Below are positions 31,601-40,600 of a stretch of DNA of 59,236 nt, one piece after another; within the stretch, counting starts at the first letter, position 1, and every line of letters starts with the position of its first letter. Location: positions 1-59,236 of the forward strand of contig CAYJBS010000002.1 in the NCBI GenBank assembly GCA_964368435.1, in the 5' to 3' direction. Origin of the DNA: an uncultured Christensenella sp. (GTDB lineage: Bacteria > Bacillota > Clostridia > Christensenellales > DTU072). Both the position numbers and the translations under genes were made by a program. Under the pieces are notes generated by a model. The model was given only the letters and a program-made list of their open reading frames with translations, did no database searches and was not told where the DNA came from.

Positions 31601-34600
31601 ACAAGTTGCCATCGTTGACGTTTATGCGGGCAAATCTCTTGCCTGTCTTCCAGTTGCTGATGGTCACTTGCAATTCGATATCTTTGAAGCTCATCAAGTT
31701 TATGTTGGCTTTTACGTCGATCTCGAAAACCATATTCTGATCGTTCCAAACAGTCAGAATAATCGATTGAATAACCTCGCTCAAGCCTTGATTGTCAAGC
31801 AAACTCTTCAGCGGCTCTTTTATGAACTGCCTCTCGGTTACCATGCCGGCTTCCAATTCGATAAGAATTTTTGTGCTGACACCTATTATAGGCACTGTAT
31901 TTCTGATTTCTATGAAGGTCTCTGACGGTGGCGCAAACTCATGGCTGGCGCCGTCGACATCTATTTCGAAATCGTCTCTTAGTTTCAAGTGCAGTCTTAT
32001 GCCGTCGCCGGTGGGAATATAGTTCTCATCGACTGCATTAAAGGATATTTCGATGTTCAATAAACCGTCTTTGAAGACGCCGACATCGATGTTCAGTTCG
32101 CCCACCGAATCCATTGCGCCGGTCAAATCAATGCCCAGCAAATTGAGAATGGCAAGCACAGCCGCGCTACCTACATGCGCCGCAAGTCCTGTTTGGTCAA
32201 GCGTCACATCTATCGGCGCTCTGCTGCCTGACGCGTTCAGCGCATAATTGCTATAAGCGTTGAAGAGCCCTGCATCAAGCTGTTTGTTGGCTGATGATGA
32301 AGGAGTTACGGTTGTGCCCAGTGCGGAGAATATCGATTGGAAATAATCCATTGCGTCTACGATATGCGCGCGCTGAATATTGAAGGCTTCCATATCGAGA
32401 AATATGTCGCCGTTTATATACAATATACTAAACACATATTCGTCTGACCTTGTGAGCACCTCATTGCCCAATTCGTCTGTTACGTATTTCATCGTGTACA
32501 GCGAGAGGTTGAGGTCGGACTTCATAATATCGGTTATGTTGATGCTGCCTTCCAGCTCCAAGCGGAAATAGCTGCCTATCTGCTCAAGCACCTTCAATAC
32601 AGGCACTATGCTCATTCCAAGGTCAAGATAAAAATCTTGCGTACCGATAAAGGTCTCGATTAAATTCGAGAAGTCATATTGTGACAATTCGTCGGCCTCC
32701 CAGCCGAAATCCACTGCAAGCTTGACATAGATTGACGCAATATTCTCATCGATAGTTTTGTAGTCTTCTTTTATGAAGTTTTCGGGCAAACTGATGTTGA
32801 GTTCGCTGAAGCCCGGTTTGATACTGTTTATGGACAGGTCAAGTCCAAAATTCGCGACATCAAGTTCCACACCGAGAATCCTGTCGCCGTTAAGCAATGA
32901 TGCTTCGATTTTGGCGTTCTGTCGGGCGGCAGCCATGATAATGTTGTGCATTTCAGAATATGCGTTGACATAGATTTCCGCAAGGCGAAGTTGTTCGTCC
33001 CGCGCGACTTTTATTCTTGTCCATGCGCCGCCTTCGTCAGGACGCAAAATATAAGATACCAATTCGCCGTTTTCGGTAATGCTGTTTAGTACAGCGGCGT
33101 CTATTTCTTCATTATAGAAAGTCCAGCCCGAAGCGGCTCTTCTCGGAGCAGTGTTCAAGAGCAACACGCCGTCGATGAATTGTGACATCCTTTCGCGACC
33201 GGTTTCGTCGGCTCTCAAATAAAGTATTTCCCAAGCCCAAATTCTGTAATAGGCTGTCCAAATTTCGGGCATTCCATACAGAGTTTTGCGGAGTATCGCC
33301 TCGTTGTAGATGAGGTTCAGATTGTTGATATCTGTTTGTTTCTCTACATAGAGTTGTGTCCACGCTTCTTCTCTTATGCCGGCATCGGTGAGTCCGGAAT
33401 TTGTGGCTTTTATGGAATTATAGAGGGTGTCAAGTTTTGTTTTGGTCGTAGGACTGCCGGTATACATTTCGTAATAACCCGTCCAGCTTCTCGATCTTAT
33501 GACCGACAGCGATTCCAAAGGATATCTCTGCTGCATCTCTTCGAAGAGTTTGTCCATTTCTGTCTTGGAATTCAAAGCGTTGTTGTACCATCTTTCCCAG
33601 GCTACCGACTTGAATTGCATATTCAAGACAACGTCAAGTTCTTGCAGACTTCTGTTCTCTATTTCGTTCTTGGAAAGTTTTGCGGTATATGTTGCGATGT
33701 CGTTTTGGAGGTCATTGTAGATATCGTTCCAAACCATAACTTTGGCGCGTTCGTCGGAAATCGAAATGTCCGCCGATCTTATTGCGGCAACCCTGCGGTC
33801 AAGCGCCGTTCTTTGTGCGCCGGAGCTTTGTTGCCACAACTCGTCATATGCCCACAGCTCTGTGTTATCGGCATTCAGCTCCCCGGCTTCTTCGAGATAT
33901 CTGTCCATTCTGGAAAGGTCGAATCTGGCAAGTCCCAGCGCCGTATCTCTTTCTTTTTCCATGTTCAGTTGAACCATGTCGCTCCACGCGCGGTTCATAA
34001 GACTTGTTTCGTCATTGAATATCGATTCAAGCAACAATGTAATAACGCCGGTCGCCGCCGTCATAACAAAGCCTTCGTCCTGACCAAGCAGAGCCATTAT
34101 ATATTCCTTGGCTCCCGTATCGGGCGCGTTTTGGAGAGAAGAGTTCATTGCCTGCGAACGCAGCGCTGCAAGTGCGGTCAATTCGGTGAGGCTGACGTTG
34201 TTGGCTTGACTGATTTCCGCACTGCTCGAGAACAGCTTGCTGATGATGTTTATGGCATTGGGTATTCTTATTTTGCCTGCATTTATGGCGCTGGCATCGA
34301 TATATGCGGTGGTAATGGTCTCTCCGAACAAATCGAGTTCTTGGAGAAGATAAATGCCGAACAGCACTTTTCCTTTGCTGTTGGTCGCTTCAAGCAGAAT
34401 CTGCAAGCCCGAAAGGTCGCCGTTGAGCAACTTCCAGATATTTACGACGGCTTCCAGTTCGAACGTAATGGTCTCTTCGAGATCCGACAGCGTTCTTATG
34501 ATGACATCAAATCCCAGCGAATCGTTGCTCAAAAGGTCCGCCAACAAATCGCCTAAATAAATGCTGTCAGTGCCCGTCGCCGTACCTGCCGCAAGATTCA

Positions 34601-37600
34601 TCTGTCCTTCCAAAGCTATTTTGAAAGTACTCCATTCGTCGTCTATTTCGAAATATTTTGCTTCGTTTATTGTCATAGGCAACGGATTGGTAATATCAAT
34701 AGACGGTATATCTATGGAGAAATTGAAGCCGAGAATCTTTTCGAATTCAAGGTTTAGGTTGAGTAGTTTGTTGTCTCCGAACAGTCCCAATTCTGCCGAC
34801 GGATGGTATCCTCCTTCTGCGAGGAATGCCTCCAAATCAAAGCCCAACGAGGCTATTACACCATAAATGGCTCCGGCTGTAAGCTCGAAGATGATGGGCG
34901 AAGTAGCTATTGTTTCGTCGCTGGCGATGCTGAGCAGAATTCTCGAAGCAAGCAGCGCTGTGCTGTTGTCGGCGGCGCTCAACGGTGAAGAAAGTTCTTT
35001 GCCACTGTTCTGCGGCAAGATGCTTTCAGGGGAACCGGTAAAGCCGGCAATAATATTTTTGACGTCTCTTATTACGATAGGCTCGATTCCCAACACTCTG
35101 AGGTCGAGATAGGCGTCTGCAATGCCGTCGTCGTCTATTACTATATATAAGGATAGAATATCGCCGAGAATGAAATCGCCCGCTTCTCCATATGCCGTTT
35201 CCCAGGAAAGGGCTTTGAGTCTGGCGTCGTCGGGCAGATAATTGTATTCCAAACGCAATCTGTTGAATACTTCTTCTATTCTTTCTCTTTCTGTCAAATT
35301 GTTGCTGGTTGTGATGAAGCTATAGTATGCGTCCCAAGCGTCAGCTGCAAGCGCACCGCTGCCAAGTGAAGCGTATGTGTTTTCCATTCTCGAGCGGTTC
35401 AGTACATTGACTTCACTGTGATAGCTGTCATAAGCTTCTTTGGAAGTCAAATTGAAATACAATTCGAGGTTTCGCAAATCCGCGATGGAAAGCAAGTCAA
35501 TATTTGCCGACAGGTCGAAATATACTTCCAGTCCGTATATGTTCTCGATGATGCTGAAAATAAGACCGATATCGGGATTTCTTTGCAGCCAGAAATTCGT
35601 AAACATATTGACCAAATAGTCGAACTGATAGCCTTCGTCGGGAGTTTCGAGCGAAAGGTCGAGTTTGCCGCTGAAACTTATGCTTATTCTTTCGAAATTG
35701 CTTATGTTGGCATACTGGCTTTCGTCGGGCACGGCTATCTTGTCGGTGAATCCGACGTCAAGACCGCCTAAACGCAAGCCCAAATTGACGTCATAATCGG
35801 TACGGTCGCCGCGTTCATAGATGAGATTGCCGTATTCGTCTCTTTGCTCAAGTATGTTGAAGAACACCTCTGCTTCGACGGCTATGGGATTAAGCGCCAA
35901 CGTAACATTTGCGCCAAAATCCAATTCACTGAAATAAGGAGTGATGTCTACACCAAGGAACCCTATTACGTTCATTATGGCAGCCTTTGCAAGCGCCACT
36001 GTGAAACCGCCGTCGAAGAACATAAAGTCAAGGTAGGTTTTTATGTCTTCTACAGCATAAGACGGGGCGGAGTTTTGGGGTTGGGCTGCATCTTCGGGCA
36101 ACAGCACCGTGAACAAATCCTGCCAATAGGTGATTATGTTTTCGATATTTTCGAGTTTTACTTTGCCTATGTCGAACAATTCTGTGTCAATATAGACATC
36201 TGCGCCGTTATAGACGGCTCTTATGACGAGTTTTTGTTCGCCGCTGCCGTCATCGCTTGTGATTTCTATGCTGAAGTTGCTCTTCAAGAGGTCTGCAAAG
36301 AATATGTAGCCCTCTATTTTGAAGTTCAGCGAGACATTGGATTGACCGTTGAAAACTATTTCGGTGTCTATGCCCATTCTGTCGAGGTTTAGTAATGATG
36401 CGCTTGAAATAAGTTTGTCCCAAGCTCTGGCAAACTTCTCATTGTCGGTGACGTTCTCTTCCTTTTCGGCGATCTCTTCGACAACCAAAGTCAATCTGGT
36501 ATCCATCTCGACTCTCTGTTGAACTGTTAAGGAGCCGGTATACAATCTGTCCCACGCCTCACGCTTCAGCTCTTCGTCTTTCAGTTCCGTCTCATCTTTT
36601 ACGATATCGATAAACTCTCTCAGTTCTTTCTTGTCAAAAGGTGAAACTGCCAAAAACTCTTGCAGCAGCGGAGTAAATGTAAACAGGTTTTTGCCTTCGC
36701 TGTTTATGGGATTATTGATGAAGAACAAACTTCCCTCAACCTTGACATATATGGCTTCGGGAATGCCGTTGGCGGTGCCTTCTGCATAGTCTATTTTTTG
36801 CGGAACTTCAATAACATGCCTGTCTTCTTCAAGCACTCCGAAAGAGAAGTTGCCGATATGCGCTTCAAGTAAAAAGACGTCTGCGCCTGTGCTGAGGTCT
36901 ATACCGAAATTCTCTCCGAGCATAAGGGCAAGATAAGTTTCGCGGATAGTCACCGGCAAATTGAGTTCCAGCATCTGGAGCAGGTTGTTCATAACCTCAG
37001 AAGAGATGTTGATTGAAAGCTTGTCGTTGCCAAACCACATTTGGAGCAGTATTGCCGTCGGGTTGTTGTAGGAGGCATTCAGGATATAATCCTTTGATGC
37101 CTGAAGAATTTTGTTAAAGTCCGCAGCGTTGTCGGGGGCAAGATTGCTGATGTCGCCCTGTTGTTTGTAGAGCGCAAGCGCCAGCATGTCTATGTCATTG
37201 CGGTCAAAATGATTGTAGATCCTTGCTTTTGCTTCGTTCAAATAGGCTTCTTCGACGAGCTGTCGATTGGTGCTCAAGTATGACGCTACACGCGCGTTTA
37301 TTTGTTCGTTGTTTTCGCCGGGATATTGTGCCCTGAATTCAGCTCTCCAGTGGTCTTGAAGCAAGCTGAGCGCATTCTTCCTTGCGACTTCAGGCATAAT
37401 CTCTTTTGTTCTGAGATACAAGCTTTCCAGCAACTCGTCATAAAGGGCGTCGAGTACAACTTTTGTTTGGGGGCTTGCCGAAGCATAAAGACCTCTCCAA
37501 GTCTCGGCATCGACAGACACTTTTTCTTTGTAGATGTTCCAAGACGAATACTTGATTCTGTTGCTAGGATCGGATGTATCGAGCCGCGGATTGCCTGTTT

Positions 37601-40600
37601 TGGTATCAATAATGGTGCGTCCGTTCAGCTTGTTGACAATTTCGTTGAGTTGTAAACGTAGTCTGTCCCACGCTTGAGCTTGTTGTTTGTATTTGGGGAA
37701 AGTGGGATAAAGATTGGTGACATAATTAAGCGCTGCGTTTGCTATGGCAAACTCATCCGTCAAGTCGGAATATTCGTCATTCTTTTGGTTCAGCAGTTGC
37801 TGTGCCGCCAGTATTTCTTCGAAAGCGCCGTCTCCATCGCTGATGTAATCTTCAAGATCGCTTATTTCTTCAATCAATATATCTTTTGCTTGCGTACCCG
37901 CAGAATAATAATTTGTCCAGAAAATAGATTTCTTGCGGTCGGAATCCTTGCAGATGGCGTCCCAAGACATGGACTGCGCCTTGATGATGATGTTTGCCAG
38001 CTGTGTTCCTTCAGGCTCATAGTTTTGGTCTTCTTTCAAATCACGTTGGCGCTGAACAAGCTCGTCTTTGTACTTCTGGAACATATCGTTCAAATAGCTT
38101 TTTTCGGCAGTCTCCGAGGTGTCTGAATTCAGCTTGTTCCAGGCAATGGCTTTCGACTCGTCATCGCTCTGCATGATTGCTTGCACTATGTCGTCCATGG
38201 CGCGGCGCTGAAGTTCCATGCCGGCAAGGTATTTTTTGTCCCATTGCATCGCAAACAACTGGTGAAGCGTGCCTTCCACGTCGGTCAAAGCAATTTTCGG
38301 CAGTCCAAAGTGCGAAAGGTCGACATAAGCCTCGTTGTTGATGAGGTATACGGCAAGGAAAATCCCATAGGTCTTGCCATCAATATCAGAAGTGTGTCCG
38401 TTGGCGCCGACTTCGTTGTCTCTGTCATAAATGACTATGGCAAGTTCACTGTCTAAAATATTTAAGATACTTATATTACCTTTTATTGAGTATCCAATAT
38501 TAATGCTGAGTTCACCCAAAGAGAATCTGACGGCAAGACTCTTGACAAGTTGCCCCATGAAACTCGACGGATCGCCGCCCGAATATAAGCGGTCGAACAG
38601 ACCGTTCAGGAAATTGTTTTCGTAAACCTCGGTGCCATCGGGCTTAAGAGAAATATATCCCTCACTGGCGACAGAAATCTTTAGGCTTTCTGCCCAATAT
38701 TTTATGTTTTTGTATTCTTCTACTTTGTGTCCTGTGACCAGCGTATTTCTGCCAATCTTTACGTATAAATCTCTGATGAAATTCAAATCGAGAGTTATCG
38801 CTTCTATTTGGGCATTTCCGGAATCGAGGATACCCATATGGATTTGAATATAATCACCCGTTGCTTTATAGAGCTGTAATTTTATGTGGGCATTGACTTC
38901 GGGCGCTGTCATATTGGTGCCGAGGAATTGAAGCAGTACCGTAAGCAGCTGCGCGCTGACCAATATTTTTATGGATTCAGTAGGTTCTTCTTCGTTGTCT
39001 CTTCCGATGATGATTTCGGAGATTATGGAACCTATGAGTCCCATCATATCCATAGGATCATCTGCCTCAAGCTCAATCTGATCGCCTGCGGCATTGTAAT
39101 ATTCCGCCATGGCGGCGTTGTTCGCTTCGCCCATACCCGAAAGTAGATTGCGGATGCCGACATTCTCCATTTTTAGTTTCGGCAACTCGGCAATGATGTT
39201 GAGCATCGGCAGTTTGCGTTTCAAAACGCCAAGCTGTGAAAGATCGAGATAGAGCGTGTCTTCGCTTCCGACATAATAAACAGTCAGGAAAGCTTCCCTT
39301 TTATGCAAGTCGTCTGCCGGCAAATAAACCATCAAAGCAAGCTCGATATTGCTGAAAGTAACGATATTCAGGTTGGCTTTTATGTCGTATTCGAGATCAA
39401 GACTGCCCGTCTCGTCTATGCCCAAATTGAGCATAACATTCTCTATGATGCCTCCGACTATGCCCGACAAATCGATGCCGTCGCCTGAGGGGAAGGTAGC
39501 GTTTGTGCCTACCGAAATCTCGCCTGAAATATTTATGTTGTAGACGGCAACGTCGTTTACGTCGGTATAATCGCCGTATTTTCCTTCGATCTCGGACAAA
39601 TCAAATTCGGGGAAGGTGAAATAAGTGATACCTTTGACTTTTACGCCGTCGTAGTTTTCGCCGCCGAGATGCACGCCCAGAGCAATATCCTCGGTCACTT
39701 GTATGTCGAGAGCAATGCTGTCAAAAATATTTGCTAAATCAAGTTTCAGGGAAGCGCCTTCAAATCCAAAATCGGCGCCTTCGAGGAACAATCCCAGCAC
39801 TTCGTTGAGTCCTGCTTTGTCGAAAGCAAGCGTCAGCTTCTTTGTGCCCGGCTCTGCCGTCAAGTTCTTAGTGAGGATGTCAAGGATTTTGGCAAAATCC
39901 AATCCGCCCTCCTCCTCATCGCCATCGGCGTTTTGGGGTTCGATCGGTTCGACATAAGCAGGATTGACGTAGGGCATAATGCTGCCTAAAATATCTTCAA
40001 ACAGCACGCCTTGCAGGTCTATGCCGCCTATACTTATATTGGGGATTATGACATCTTTTTTGCCGTCGCTTCTTATTCCTTTGAGGGCAGACAAATCCAA
40101 ATAAAGCACATTGTTTACGACGGCAGCGCCTATCGCAATGGCATTGGGGTCAGGCAATAAATAGCCTCTGATGAATTGTTCACCATTGAAGGTCATCAAA
40201 ATTTCGGCTTTTGTGTTGCGGTTGTCGAACATATCGAGAGCCGCCTTGACATTTATGTCAAAACGATATTCGCTCTGTTCTTTGAACTTCAGAGGAATGT
40301 CGCCTACGGCGCCGAGGTCAACGAAGTCACCCAGCACCGTTCTCAACGTCAATTCCGAATTGGCTTCGTTTTTGATGAATAGAGCGGCGTTTAGTTCGAC
40401 ATTGCCCAAACTGCCTCTCGTATAAGTGGTGTCCTGACCGCCTGCGCCCAACGATAAGTTGGCGAAGGATATGGCAACGGTCTTTTCGTTTGAGGCTTTT
40501 ATGGAAATAGGTGTTATGCGGATATCAAGGTCATACCCGTCTTCAATCTCGGGACAAGTGACACGCATGCCCATACCTGAGAATACATAGTCGTCTTTCT